A program made the translations under genes and the position numbers. From the NCBI GenBank assembly GCA_965203515.1, contig OZ241907.1, forward strand, positions 1,312,001-1,376,000: DNA of 64,000 bases. Reading direction: 5' to 3'. The stretch is from Spirochaetia bacterium (GTDB lineage Bacteria > Spirochaetota > Spirochaetia > SZUA-6 > Bin103). Shown here piece after piece: positions 29,984-39,698 of the stretch (positions within the stretch are counted from its first letter, which is position 1; the number at the start of each line of letters is the position of its first letter). The notes beneath the pieces are model-generated. The model was not told the DNA's origin. It saw only the letters and a program-made list of their open reading frames with translations, and made no database searches.

Positions 29984-31113
29984 CAGACCGCGGCGTACGG
30001 GTCGGCGGCGTCCCGCAGGCCGTCGCCGAGGAAGTTGAACGCCAGGATCGAGACGATGACGAACAGCGCCGGGATCAGCAGCCACGGGGCATCGGCCAGC
30101 ACCCGGATCGCCTGAGCGTCGCGCAGCAGCACGCCCCAGCTCACGGCGGGAGTGCGCAGCCCGAGCCCGATGAAGCTCAGCGCGGTCTCTCCCAGAATCA
30201 TGCCCGGCACCGACAGGGTGAGCGACGCGATGATATAGCTGTACAGCGACGGCAGCAGATGCCGCATGATGATGTAGCCGCGGCCGGCTACGTGCAGCTG
30301 CGCCGCCAGCACGAACTCCTCCTCACGCACCGACAGGAACTTGCCGCGCACCACGCGCGCCAGCGACGTCCAGCCGACGAACGACAGGATCACCACGATG
30401 GCGAAATAGACCTTGGTCACGCTCCAGTGGGGCGGCAGCGCCGCGCTCAGCCCCATCCACAACGGCAAGGTCGGGATCGACCGAAAGAACTCGATGAGCC
30501 GTTGGATGACGACGTCGATCGGTCCGCCCAGGTAACCGGAGAGTCCGCCCAGCACGATGCCGAGCAGAAAGCTCAGCGCGATTCCCAGGAGCCCCACGGT
30601 GAGCGAGATGCGGCTGCCGTAGATGATGCGCGACAACAGATCGCGGCCGAGCGAGTCCGCGCCGAACAGATAGCCGCGCCCGCCCCGGAAGCCGAACAGG
30701 TGGACGTCGGACTCGAACAGCCCCCAGAACCGGTACGGATCGCCGCGCACGAACAGCGCCAGCGGGTGGCGCCGCCCCGGATCGACGGTGTACTCCTTGC
30801 CGTACGTGACCGGATCGATCTTCTGCGTGAGACCGTACACGAACGGGCGCAGATGAAATCGGCCGTCCACGTCCACGAATCGGATCCGCTGCGGCGGCTG
30901 CAGGACCCGTTCCTGATCGTGCAGTCGGCCGTCATAGGGCGCGGCGAACTCCGCGAAGAATGCGCCGAGGTAGAACGCTCCCAGCACGATGAGGGCAGCC
31001 ACCGCGACCCGGTGGCGCACGAACTTCCAGCGGATGAGCTGCCATTGCGACGCGACGAACAGCCGCTCTTCGGACGGCGCGGCGGCTTCGGCCGGAACCG
31101 CCGATTGCGTCAC
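29983..31113 (-). CDS. Opp/Dpp ABC permease (C-type)
   Basis: GADSLGRD, ETALSFIGLG, GDGLRDAADP. Confidence 0.93.
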   Translation of the reverse strand: MTQSAVPAEAAAPSEERLFVASQWQLIRWKFVRHRVAVAALIVLGAFYLGAFFAEFAAPYDGRLHDQERVLQPPQRIRFVDVDGRFHLRPFVYGLTQKIDPVTYGKEYTVDPGRRHPLALFVRGDPYRFWGLFESDVHLFGFRGGRGYLFGADSLGRDLLSRIIYGSRISLTVGLLGIALSFLLGIVLGGLSGYLGGPIDVVIQRLIEFFRSIPTLPLWMGLSAALPPHWSVTKVYFAIVVILSFVGWTSLARVVRGKFLSVREEEFVLAAQLHVAGRGYIIMRHLLPSLYSYIIASLTLSVPGMILGETALSFIGLGLRTPAVSWGVLLRDAQAIRVLADAPWLLIPALFVIVSILAFNFLGDGLRDAADPYAAV

Positions 31114-31114
31114 G

Positions 31115-32101
31115 TCAGACCGCCTCGCGAATGCGCGGGTCGAGCCAGGCGAGCAGGATGTCGGACAGCAGCGTGCCGATCACGGTCAGGACGCTGAGGA
31201 CGAAGATGATGCTGCCGGCCAGGAACATGTCCTGCGTGAGCAGCGCGGAGAGCAGGACCGGAGCGATCGTGGGCAGGCCCAGCACGATCGACGTCAACAG
31301 CGCGCCGTTGACCATCTCCGGCAGGGTGTAGCCGATGGTGCTGACGACCGGATTGACCGCGGCGCGAAACGGGTACTTGTAGAGCAGGCGGCGTTCGGTC
31401 AGCCCCTTGGCGCGCGCCACCATCACGTACGGCTTGTGCAGCTCGTCGAGCATGTTGGCGCGCATGATGCGGATCAGACTGGCGGTGCCCGCGGTGCCGA
31501 CGATCAGTGCCGGTATCCACAGGTGCGACAGCAGATCGAGCAGCTTGCCCAGGCTCCACGATGCGGTGAGATATTCCTTGGAGAACAGCCCGACGGCCGC
31601 CTTCCCGGTCCAGAGGAAGAACAGCCACAGGAAGATCAGGGCGAACAGGAAGTTGGGCACGGCAAGGCCGACGAAGCCGATCGTCGTGAACACGTAGTCA
31701 CGCACCGAATACTGGTTGATAGCGGACACGTTGCCGATCGGTATGGCGATGACGTACACCACCAGCAACGAGCTGAACGCGATCAGTATCGTCCATGGCA
31801 GCCGCTCGAACAGCAGCGACCTTACCGACTGATTCCACGCGAACGACCGCCCCAGATCGCCGCGGATGAGGTTCGACATCCACTTCCAGTACTGGACGTG
31901 CGCCGGCTGGTTCAACCCGTAGCGTTCCCGCAGCGCGTCGATCTGCCCCTGCTCCACGATCTGCCCGAACTGCCGGAGCCCCGCCACGTAGGTATCGACG
32001 AAGTCCCCGGCCGGCGCCTGGATGATCAGGAACGACAGGATCGACACCGCGACCAGCGTGGGTATCATGAGAAGCACGCGCCGCACGATGAACTTCGTCA
32101 T
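31115..32101 (-). CDS. Opp/Dpp ABC permease (B-type)
   Basis: GDLGRS, ARAKGL, LDPRIR. Confidence 0.93.
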   Translation of the reverse strand: MTKFIVRRVLLMIPTLVAVSILSFLIIQAPAGDFVDTYVAGLRQFGQIVEQGQIDALRERYGLNQPAHVQYWKWMSNLIRGDLGRSFAWNQSVRSLLFERLPWTILIAFSSLLVVYVIAIPIGNVSAINQYSVRDYVFTTIGFVGLAVPNFLFALIFLWLFFLWTGKAAVGLFSKEYLTASWSLGKLLDLLSHLWIPALIVGTAGTASLIRIMRANMLDELHKPYVMVARAKGLTERRLLYKYPFRAAVNPVVSTIGYTLPEMVNGALLTSIVLGLPTIAPVLLSALLTQDMFLAGSIIFVLSVLTVIGTLLSDILLAWLDPRIREAV

Positions 32102-32156
32102 CCGCTACCCGGTTATAGCAGGAAGCCGTTTCTGATACCATAGGCGCACAGCGACC

Positions 32157-33128
32157 ATGGCGACCGCAGCGTTCGTGACCGAAGAAGGCGCCGCCCATCG
32201 GGAGGTCGCTCCCGTGGAGTCCGCCCGCATGACCGCGCAGGAGCTGACGCGGTGGCATGCGGACGGCTATCTGGTGGTTCGCCGGCTGTGGGAGCGTGAC
32301 GAGATCGCCGCCTGCGCGCAACGGTTCGCCGACGTCGCCGCCGCCGGGACGCCGATCCCCGGCCACTGGAACCCCGACCCGGACAGCGGCGATCCGCTGC
32401 TGCGGTTCCCGCGCGTCATGCACCCGCACCGCTTCGACCCGCTGGCGCGGCGCATGCTGCTCGACGCGCGGATCGAGGCGGTGTTGGCGGCCCTGATGGG
32501 CGAGGAGCCGATCGCCGCGCAGTCGATGTTCTACTACAAGCCGCCCGGCGCACGGGGCCAGGCGCTGCATCAGGACAACTACTACCTGCGCGTCCGGCCG
32601 CATACCTGCATCGCGGCGTGGACCGCCGTCGACCGCTCGCATCCCGACAACGGCGGCCTGTACGTCTGTCCGGGCACGCACGCGATGGAGGTGGCGTGCC
32701 CGGAGGAGGCCGACCCGAAGCAGAGCTTCACCACGCACCTCGTGCGGCCCCCGGCGGGGGTGACGCCGGTGCCGGTCCTGCTCGATCCGGGCGACGTGCT
32801 GTTCTTCGGCGGCAGCATCGTGCACGGGTCGCGGCCGAACGCCGCCGCCGGCGAGTGGCGGCGCAGCTTCATCTGCCACTACGCGCCGGCGAGCTTCCGC
32901 GAGATGTCCGCGCACTACCGCCCGGCGCTCCGCTTCGACGGGCGCGAACACCGCTTCGCCGACGCCGCCGGCGGCGGCCCCTGCGGCGACCAGTCGGCCG
33001 GCGGCGGCGAGCTCGTCACCGGCGGACCGGCACCGGCACGGAGCGCAGCAGGCAGAGGAGCGTCAACGCGAACAGGCCCGCGCCGGTCAACACGTGCAGG
33101 CTGGCCATCAGCGGCGAACGGGCGGTGA
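32157..33128 (+). CDS. Phytanoyl-CoA dioxygenase family protein
   Basis: QALHQD, NGGLYVCPGTH, HGS.PN; the tail overlaps the convergent ctaA. Confidence 0.88.
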   Translation: MATAAFVTEEGAAHREVAPVESARMTAQELTRWHADGYLVVRRLWERDEIAACAQRFADVAAAGTPIPGHWNPDPDSGDPLLRFPRVMHPHRFDPLARRMLLDARIEAVLAALMGEEPIAAQSMFYYKPPGARGQALHQDNYYLRVRPHTCIAAWTAVDRSHPDNGGLYVCPGTHAMEVACPEEADPKQSFTTHLVRPPAGVTPVPVLLDPGDVLFFGGSIVHGSRPNAAAGEWRRSFICHYAPASFREMSAHYRPALRFDGREHRFADAAGGGPCGDQSAGGGELVTGGPAPARSAAGRGASTRTGPRRSTRAGWPSAANGR

Positions 33129-33969
33129 GGACGGTCAGCGCGCCCAATGCCGCCTGGACCAGCACCAGCGCGTTCACCCCCGCCAGCAGGCGCCGCACCT
33201 CGGGCCGACCGCGGCGGCGGACGATCAGGTTGACCGCAACGACCACGATCAGGGTTACCGCCGCACCCAGACGGTGGAGGAAGTGGACCGTCACCTGCGC
33301 CATGCCGACCGGTTCCAGCCGGAGCGCGAAGCGCTCGGCGTTGATCGCCGCCAACATCCGGTCGTCGAACCGCGGCAGCAGACTGCCGCCCATGAGCGGG
33401 AAGTCGGGTATCGCCAATCCCGCGTCGGTATGGCGCATCAGCGCCCCGATCACCAGTTGCAGAAAGACCACGGCCGGCAACGCCGCGACCGCCGGCCACA
33501 ACGGCGGCTGCTGAGCGGCGGACGCCGCGATCGCCGGTTCGCGCACGCGCCGCTCCCATTCGCGGGACTGAGCATAGGCGATGAACACGAGCAGCATGGC
33601 CAGGGACTGCGCCAGCACCGCGTGGGCGATGGAGATCGGGTCGGGCAGCAGCAACAGCACCGTCAGACCGCCCAGCACCCCCTGCGCGACGATCGCCGCC
33701 ACCGCCGCCCAGGCCAGCGCGCGCAACCACCGGCGCGGCTCCCGCCACGTGAAGACCAGCGCCTGGATCACCACCAACAGGCCGACGCCGGCGGCGATCA
33801 TGCGATGGCCGTGCTCGTACAGAATGCCGCCCACCATCGGCGGGAACAGCATCCCGTAGGAGAGCGGCCAGTCCGGCACCGCCAGGCCGGAGCCGGTGCT
33901 GGTGACCAGGCTGCCGGCGAGGATCAGGAGCAGCGCCGCGCCGGCGCTCACCTTCGTCAGCAGGCGCAC
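33016..33969 (-). CDS. ctaA: Heme A synthase (COX15/CtaA)
   Basis: GSLVTSTGSGLAVPDWP, YEHGHR, GGLTV, HFLHR; multiple TM segments. Confidence 0.88.
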   Translation of the reverse strand: MRLLTKVSAGAALLLILAGSLVTSTGSGLAVPDWPLSYGMLFPPMVGGILYEHGHRMIAAGVGLLVVIQALVFTWREPRRWLRALAWAAVAAIVAQGVLGGLTVLLLLPDPISIAHAVLAQSLAMLLVFIAYAQSREWERRVREPAIAASAAQQPPLWPAVAALPAVVFLQLVIGALMRHTDAGLAIPDFPLMGGSLLPRFDDRMLAAINAERFALRLEPVGMAQVTVHFLHRLGAAVTLIVVVAVNLIVRRRGRPEVRRLLAGVNALVLVQAALGALTVLTARSPLMASLHVLTGAGLFALTLLCLLRSVPVPVRR

Positions 33970-34052
33970 GGCGGCACTATACGACAGCGGCAGACGGGTC
34001 CTGCTCGGACCCGCCTGCTCGGATGCCTCAGCCGGAGTGCCGATCCTCGGCG

Positions 34053-35153
34053 CTACGCCAGGTCCAGGGTGATGTCGAGCGCCTGCGCGGCGCGGGCCAG
34101 AAGGGCCGACAGCGTGATCGCCAGTTCCTGCGCCTCGGTTCCGAACAGATCGGCCTCGGCGGCGCTGAACCGGTGTCCGGCCCGTTCCCGTTCGTGGAGC
34201 ACGCTGACGTAGCCGACCAGTTCCACGAATCCGTCGCTGATCTGCGTGTCCAGCGACGCGTCCGCCTCGGCCAGCAGCGACGACACGTGGTCGTAGGCCA
34301 GGCTCAGCCCGGTGAGGATGCCGTTGATGTCGAACAGACGGCTGACCGCCACGAAGCTGATCTCCGCGGAGGTGTCGCCGGCGACGAAGCGGGACTCCTT
34401 CCACTGTTCGAAGTACTCGTTCATGGTCGGCACCATCACCACCAGCGCCGTGAACACGTCGGTCAGGCTCGGCCTCCAGGCCGAGACCGCCTCCCCCATC
34501 TCGGCAGCGGCGCCGTCGATCGCTTCGGCGACCGCCAGCAGGATGTCGGTCTCCGGCAGCACGTCGGCCACGGCGGCGACATGACCGTCCCGGTCCAGGT
34601 CGACACGGGCGCCGGCCCATTCGTCGACCGTCCCCCACAGCACCGGCTCGGTCAGGTGATGGAACAGGTTGCCGGGCCGCTCCAGGACGCGGCCGTCCCG
34701 CACTTCGAGGGTCCAATCGATCGCCTCGGCCGGATCCTCGGCCCCGGACGGACCGGCGTCGATCCACACGTCGTACCAGGCCAGGGACGGGACGCCGGCG
34801 ATGATGCCCTCGCTCAGCTCATACGCGGTGCTCGCGTCGACCCACGCTTCGCGGCCGTTGCGGATCAGGTCGCTCAGCGCGTCCGACTGCGCGTTCCAGG
34901 CCGCCTGATAGTCGCCGCCGTGCTGCGCGAGGAGCCGGTCGTAGTCGGCCGCCACCCGCGACAGCCGGGCGGTCGCCTCCTGCATCGCCTGCGCGTTGGC
35001 CAGGGTGTACGCCTTGATCGGCCCCAGGTCGGGGGCCGACCGCTCCGTCTCCGCGCTGGCAAACGCCATCCCGCAGCTCGCCGCGACGAGCATGGCGGCC
35101 CGGAGGAGCCGGCAGGCGCTTGCGGGCGCCCGCGTTCCGATGGATGAAGTCAT
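34053..35153 (-). CDS. Imelysin/EfeO-like periplasmic iron-binding protein
   Basis: Signal peptide; YELSEGIIAGVPSL, GNLFHHLTEP (HxxE-like); divergent from FTR1. Confidence 0.75.
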   Translation of the reverse strand: MTSSIGTRAPASACRLLRAAMLVAASCGMAFASAETERSAPDLGPIKAYTLANAQAMQEATARLSRVAADYDRLLAQHGGDYQAAWNAQSDALSDLIRNGREAWVDASTAYELSEGIIAGVPSLAWYDVWIDAGPSGAEDPAEAIDWTLEVRDGRVLERPGNLFHHLTEPVLWGTVDEWAGARVDLDRDGHVAAVADVLPETDILLAVAEAIDGAAAEMGEAVSAWRPSLTDVFTALVVMVPTMNEYFEQWKESRFVAGDTSAEISFVAVSRLFDINGILTGLSLAYDHVSSLLAEADASLDTQISDGFVELVGYVSVLHERERAGHRFSAAEADLFGTEAQELAITLSALLARAAQALDITLDLA

Positions 35154-35179
35154 TGAGAACTCTCCCCGGGACCGATGGC

Positions 35180-35350
35180 CCCATTCATTAATGTTCATTA
35201 ACATATTGAAGCATTATTCATCCATGTCAACTCCCCGTGCGCGCCCTGCAGGTCGTCGGCATCGGCCGAGCTCCCTTGCGCCGGCCGACCGGTTCGTGTT
35301 TTCATGCGTTAACAGCATTAAGATTCATGAATCGGCTTAATATCCATGAA
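35180..35350. promoter_or_regulatory. AT-rich divergent promoter/operator region
   Basis: TTGACA on - strand (35225-35230); palindromes ATGTT-CATT-AACAT and GATTCATGAATC; repeated TTCAT. Confidence 0.5.
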
Positions 35351-37669
35351 GGGTTGCGGCCCCTGCTTGCCGCGGCGCTGCTCGCCGGTCTGGGGGCGCC
35401 GGCCGCGGCCCTGCCGGACGACGGCGCAGCGGCGCGGTGGCGCCATTCCCGGACGATGCGGAGCGAGCTGCTCTCCATGCTCGTTGCCGCCGAGCGCGGC
35501 GACCGCCCCGCGGTCACGCAGCACGTCCGGCAGGCCGCCGCTGCCTACGCGCACCTGACGGCCGCGGTGGCGGCCGCGGCGCCCGCGTCCGACGGGCGCA
35601 TCCTTACGGGGCTCGATACCCTGCGCGGGCTGCCGGACGGCGCGCTGGCGCACCGCGCCCTGATCCGCGGCCGGGTGCTCGGCGAACTGGCCGCCGCGGC
35701 GCGGCTCGGCGCCATCGCCGCGGCCCGTGCCGGAGACCCGGCGGGCGCCGAGGCATGGCTCGCCCTGCGCGAGTACCGCAAAGCCACGCCGGTGACCCTG
35801 GTCCACTCGGCGGCGTCCCGCGCCGTTCAGGACCAGGCGGCCGGCTTGCTGGCGCCGGAGGCGGCCGCCGCCATCGTCCGCGACGACCTGGACGATACCT
35901 ACCACGCCCGCGTGCGCTACGCGGCCGCCGACGCCGTCAAGGCGGCCGATCACGGCCTGGTGATACGGCCGGCCGAGAGCGCCGGGCTGATCGGCGCCTA
36001 CCTGTCGATGCTCGGCAGCGATTACGCCGTCAAGCGGGGCGCCGGCGCCTGGGCCGAGCTGCAGGCGACCGCCGGCACGCTGGAGGCGGCCGCCCTGGCG
36101 GCCGACGGCGCCGCGGTGCGCGAAGCGGCGGACGCGTTGCTGCGCCAGTGGCGGGGCTATCAGGCGGTCGAGCTGCCGGCCGCCGAGCTGCGGCGACGCG
36201 CCAACCTCCTGCAGTTGTTCCTGGAATTGGTGGCCGTGGAGTACCGGGACGGCGTGCGCAACGGCGCCGTCAGCATCGAGACCGAGTACCGGGAGGCGGT
36301 CGCCTTCCTGGAACAGGCGGCGCTGACCGCCGCCGAGTTGGCGCCGCGCATCGCCGCGGTCGACGCCGCGCAGGCCGACCGGCTGGAACGGCTGCTGGAC
36401 GAACTCGCGCAGCGGGTGGCGGCACTGGGACCGACGCCGGCGGTCCGGGAGCTGACCGACCAGTCGCGCGCCATCGTCGCCGCCACCCTGGGCGCTGACG
36501 GCGCCATCGACGGCGAATCGGCGTTCACCGTGATCGACCAGATGTTCGCCAGTCTGGACGGATTGGTGCGCGGCGGCGACTGGGAAGGCGCCGAACGGAT
36601 GCGGATACAGGTCTACGGACTGTTCGACGCCGGGCCGGAGCTGTCGCTCCTGGCGCTCGACCCGCCGCTGGCGGCGCGGATCGACGCGCTGTTCTGGTCC
36701 GGGCGGCCGGGCACTGCGGGATTGGCGACCATCATCGCCGGGCAGGCGCCGTTTTCCGCCTACCTGGCCACCGCCGGCGAGTTGCGCACCGCGCTACGCG
36801 ACGCCCGCCGGGTGTTGTCACGCGACGCGGCGCCGATCGCCACGGCGGTGAACGCGGCGGTCATCGTGTTCCGCGAAGGCTTGGAGGCGGTCGTCATTCT
36901 GGCCGCACTGGTGGCCGGCATGGTCGGGGCGGCCGCAGCCTTCCGCCGGCCGCTGTTCATCGGCGCGCTGGCCGCGCTGGCCGCCTCCGCCGCCACCTGG
37001 TTCGCCGCCTACCGGTTGGTGCACCTGTTCCGGGTCTATGGGGAGCGACTGGAGGCGGTGGTTTCGCTGCTCGCCATCGGCGTGCTGCTGGTCATCACCA
37101 ACTGGTTCTTTCACAAGATGTACTGGAGCGGCTGGATCGCCAAGTTCCACCATCACAAGCGGTCGCTGCTGACCGGCGCCGCCGGCCAGGCGATCGGCTT
37201 TGCCATGCTGGGGTTCGCCAGCGTCTACCGGGAGGGGTTCGAGACCGCGCTGTTCCTGCAGGCGCTCACGTTCCGCGCCGGCGTCGACACGGTGCTGGCC
37301 GGCGTCGCCCTGGGATCGGCGGCCGTCGCCGTGGTCGGCCTGGTGACGTTCCGCCTGGGGAAGAAGCTGCCGTACAAGAAGATGCTGATGGTCACCGGGG
37401 TCCTGATCGGCGGCGTGCTGGTGACCCTGACCGGATCGACCGTGCACGTGATGCAGGCCGTCGGCTGGGTACCCCTCTCGCCGATCTTCGGGCTGGCGTT
37501 GCCGTACTGGCTCGGTACGTGGTTCGGTCTCTATCCGACGTGGCAGACCATGGGCGGGCAGGCCGCGGCGGCGGCGGTGGTGCTGGGCAGCTACGCTCTG
37601 GCGCGGGTCCGGCTCCGCAACGGCAAGGCGCCGGCGCCGGATCGTCCGCAAGCCCTGGCGTCCGCATGA
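35327..37669 (+). CDS. FTR1/EfeU iron permease with long N-terminal periplasmic domain
   Basis: Two RExxE motifs (FREGLE, YREGFE) in the C-terminal TM domain; signal peptide. Confidence 0.9.
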   Translation: MNRLNIHEGLRPLLAAALLAGLGAPAAALPDDGAAARWRHSRTMRSELLSMLVAAERGDRPAVTQHVRQAAAAYAHLTAAVAAAAPASDGRILTGLDTLRGLPDGALAHRALIRGRVLGELAAAARLGAIAAARAGDPAGAEAWLALREYRKATPVTLVHSAASRAVQDQAAGLLAPEAAAAIVRDDLDDTYHARVRYAAADAVKAADHGLVIRPAESAGLIGAYLSMLGSDYAVKRGAGAWAELQATAGTLEAAALAADGAAVREAADALLRQWRGYQAVELPAAELRRRANLLQLFLELVAVEYRDGVRNGAVSIETEYREAVAFLEQAALTAAELAPRIAAVDAAQADRLERLLDELAQRVAALGPTPAVRELTDQSRAIVAATLGADGAIDGESAFTVIDQMFASLDGLVRGGDWEGAERMRIQVYGLFDAGPELSLLALDPPLAARIDALFWSGRPGTAGLATIIAGQAPFSAYLATAGELRTALRDARRVLSRDAAPIATAVNAAVIVFREGLEAVVILAALVAGMVGAAAAFRRPLFIGALAALAASAATWFAAYRLVHLFRVYGERLEAVVSLLAIGVLLVITNWFFHKMYWSGWIAKFHHHKRSLLTGAAGQAIGFAMLGFASVYREGFETALFLQALTFRAGVDTVLAGVALGSAAVAVVGLVTFRLGKKLPYKKMLMVTGVLIGGVLVTLTGSTVHVMQAVGWVPLSPIFGLALPYWLGTWFGLYPTWQTMGGQAAAAAVVLGSYALARVRLRNGKAPAPDRPQALASA

Positions 37670-38973
37670 CCGTGATCCGCGCCTGGCTTCTCGATTATCG
37701 GCCGCTCGACCGCTACGCGGCCGACGCGGCGTCCGCGGCCGCCGGCACGCTGCCGACTCAACTGGCCCGGACCGTACCGGCAGCGGCCGGCGCCGGGCCG
37801 GAATGGGCGGTCCTGGCGACCTGCCACCGGTGCGAGGTGTACGCCTGCGGCGCCGGCGTCGATCCCTTGCGGCGCCGGCTGGACGAGCACCTGCCACCGG
37901 CCGCCCGCGAGGCGGTAACGGAGATCGACGGCGCCCGCGCCGCTCACCATCTGATGCGCGTGGCGGCCGGGCTGGATTCGCTGCTGATCGGCGAGACCGA
38001 CGTCCAGCGCCAAGTGGTGGAAGCGCTCGATCGGGCGGCGCTCCTCGGCAGCGCCGGACCGGTGCTGAACGCCCTGTTCCGCGCCGCCGTGCACGCCGGC
38101 AAGCGGGTCCGTACCGTCACCGCCATCGGCCGTCACGCCACCTCCCTGGCGCCGGCCGCCGTCGATCTGGTGGCGGCGCGCTTCGGTCCGCTGCATCGGG
38201 CGCAGGCGTTGGTGTTCGGCGCCGGGACCATGGCGCGGCGCGCCTGCGACCGGCTGCACGCCCTGGGCGTCGGCGCGCTGGCGGTGACCAACCGCACCCT
38301 CGCCCGCGCCCAACACCTGGCGCACGCCTACGGAGGCCGCGCCGTGCCGTGGGAGGACGCCGCCGGCGCCCTGCGCGGCGCCGACGTCGCCATCGCCGCC
38401 ACCGCGGCGCCGGAGCCGTTCATCGATCGATCGATGCTGGACGCGGCGACGGCCGCACGCGACGGCCGGCCGTTGCATCTGGTCGATCTTGCCCTGCCGC
38501 GCAACGTGCGCGTCGACGAGGCCCCGCTCGACCGGCTCCGGTACTACGACTTCGCCGACCTGGAGGCGGCGGCCGCCGCCGGACGCGCCGCGCGCGCGGC
38601 GGACGTCCCACGCGCCGAGGCGGTGATCGAGCAGGAGTTGGCGCGCTTTCGCACCTGGCTGCAGCAGCGCGAAGTCGTTCCCGCTCTGCGACTGCTGGGA
38701 GAGCAGGCCGCCGCCGCCCGAGACGCCGAGCTGGAACGGGCCCGGCGGCGGCTGCCGGAGCTGACCGACCGGCAGCGGCGGGCGGTGGAATCGCTGGCCC
38801 ACAACCTGACCCAGCGCCTTCTGCGCCGACCCAGGAAGCGCCTGCGGCAGGCCGCCGGCAGCGATCAGGCGGCGCGCTGCCGAGCGGCGCTGGAGTACCT
38901 GTTCGCCGAACCCGATCCCGCGGACGACCGCGCCTCGCCGGACGCTCCCGAGCCGGACGCTTCCGCGACCTGA
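37666..38973 (+). CDS. hemA: Glutamyl-tRNA reductase
   Basis: TCHR catalytic motif, VAAGLDS..IGE..V..QV, GAG.M, DLALPRN; ATGA overlap with FTR1. Confidence 0.9.
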   Translation: MTVIRAWLLDYRPLDRYAADAASAAAGTLPTQLARTVPAAAGAGPEWAVLATCHRCEVYACGAGVDPLRRRLDEHLPPAAREAVTEIDGARAAHHLMRVAAGLDSLLIGETDVQRQVVEALDRAALLGSAGPVLNALFRAAVHAGKRVRTVTAIGRHATSLAPAAVDLVAARFGPLHRAQALVFGAGTMARRACDRLHALGVGALAVTNRTLARAQHLAHAYGGRAVPWEDAAGALRGADVAIAATAAPEPFIDRSMLDAATAARDGRPLHLVDLALPRNVRVDEAPLDRLRYYDFADLEAAAAAGRAARAADVPRAEAVIEQELARFRTWLQQREVVPALRLLGEQAAAARDAELERARRRLPELTDRQRRAVESLAHNLTQRLLRRPRKRLRQAAGSDQAARCRAALEYLFAEPDPADDRASPDAPEPDASAT

Positions 38974-38987
38974 ATCAGGAGCACCGC

Positions 38988-39698
38988 ATGACCGTACCCC
39001 CGGACCGGGCCCGCGGCGCCGAGCCGCGCACCCTCAACCACTTCGCCGTGTTGCGCCTCACCGCGGCCTGGTGGCGTCTTGAACGCGCCGACCGCTGCCG
39101 GCGGCTGCGCGCGCTGCAGGAGGCGCTCGCCGGCGTGGCCGACGTCCTGCACCTGTATCAGATGTTCCCCCTGCACGACACCGGCGACCTGCTGGCGTGG
39201 ACGGCGCTGCGGTCGGCCGAACCGGAACGGGTCCACGCCTATTTCGGCGGCTACGCGCGGGCGCTGGCGCCGCTGCGCCCGCTGCTGGAAGTGCGGCAGC
39301 CGCTGTGGGGCTTTACCCGTCCCTCCACGTACACGAAGACCCGTTCCACGCAGGAGATCGACCCGTTCACCGCGGAGCGCAAGCGCCATCTGGTCGTCTA
39401 TCCGTTCGTGAAGACCAGCGCCTGGTACGGCCTGAGCCGCGACGTGCGGCAGGGAATGATGAACGGACACATCCGCGTCGGCAAGGAATACCCGGACGTC
39501 ACGCAGCTCCTGCTCTATTCCGTGGGCGTGCAGGATCAGGAGTTCGTGGTCGTCTACGAGACCGATGACCTGACCCGCTTCTCCGATCTGGTGAACCAGC
39601 TCCGCGGCACCGAGGCGCGCGCCTACACCGAGCGCGACACGCCGCTGACCACCGCGCTGCACCACGCCGGGAGCGAGACCCTGGAGCTGTTCTGCTGA
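38988..39698 (+). CDS. chdC: Coproheme decarboxylase (chlorite dismutase family)
   Basis: YPFVK...WY motif, proximal His in MMNGHIRVG, DQEFVVVYE; located in the hem operon. Confidence 0.8.
   Translation: MTVPPDRARGAEPRTLNHFAVLRLTAAWWRLERADRCRRLRALQEALAGVADVLHLYQMFPLHDTGDLLAWTALRSAEPERVHAYFGGYARALAPLRPLLEVRQPLWGFTRPSTYTKTRSTQEIDPFTAERKRHLVVYPFVKTSAWYGLSRDVRQGMMNGHIRVGKEYPDVTQLLLYSVGVQDQEFVVVYETDDLTRFSDLVNQLRGTEARAYTERDTPLTTALHHAGSETLELFC

Noticed and set aside
33016..33128. 113-nt convergent overlap of PhyH and ctaA as a dual-coding region
   Set aside because: The PhyH extension is low-complexity read-through, which is common in high-GC genomes
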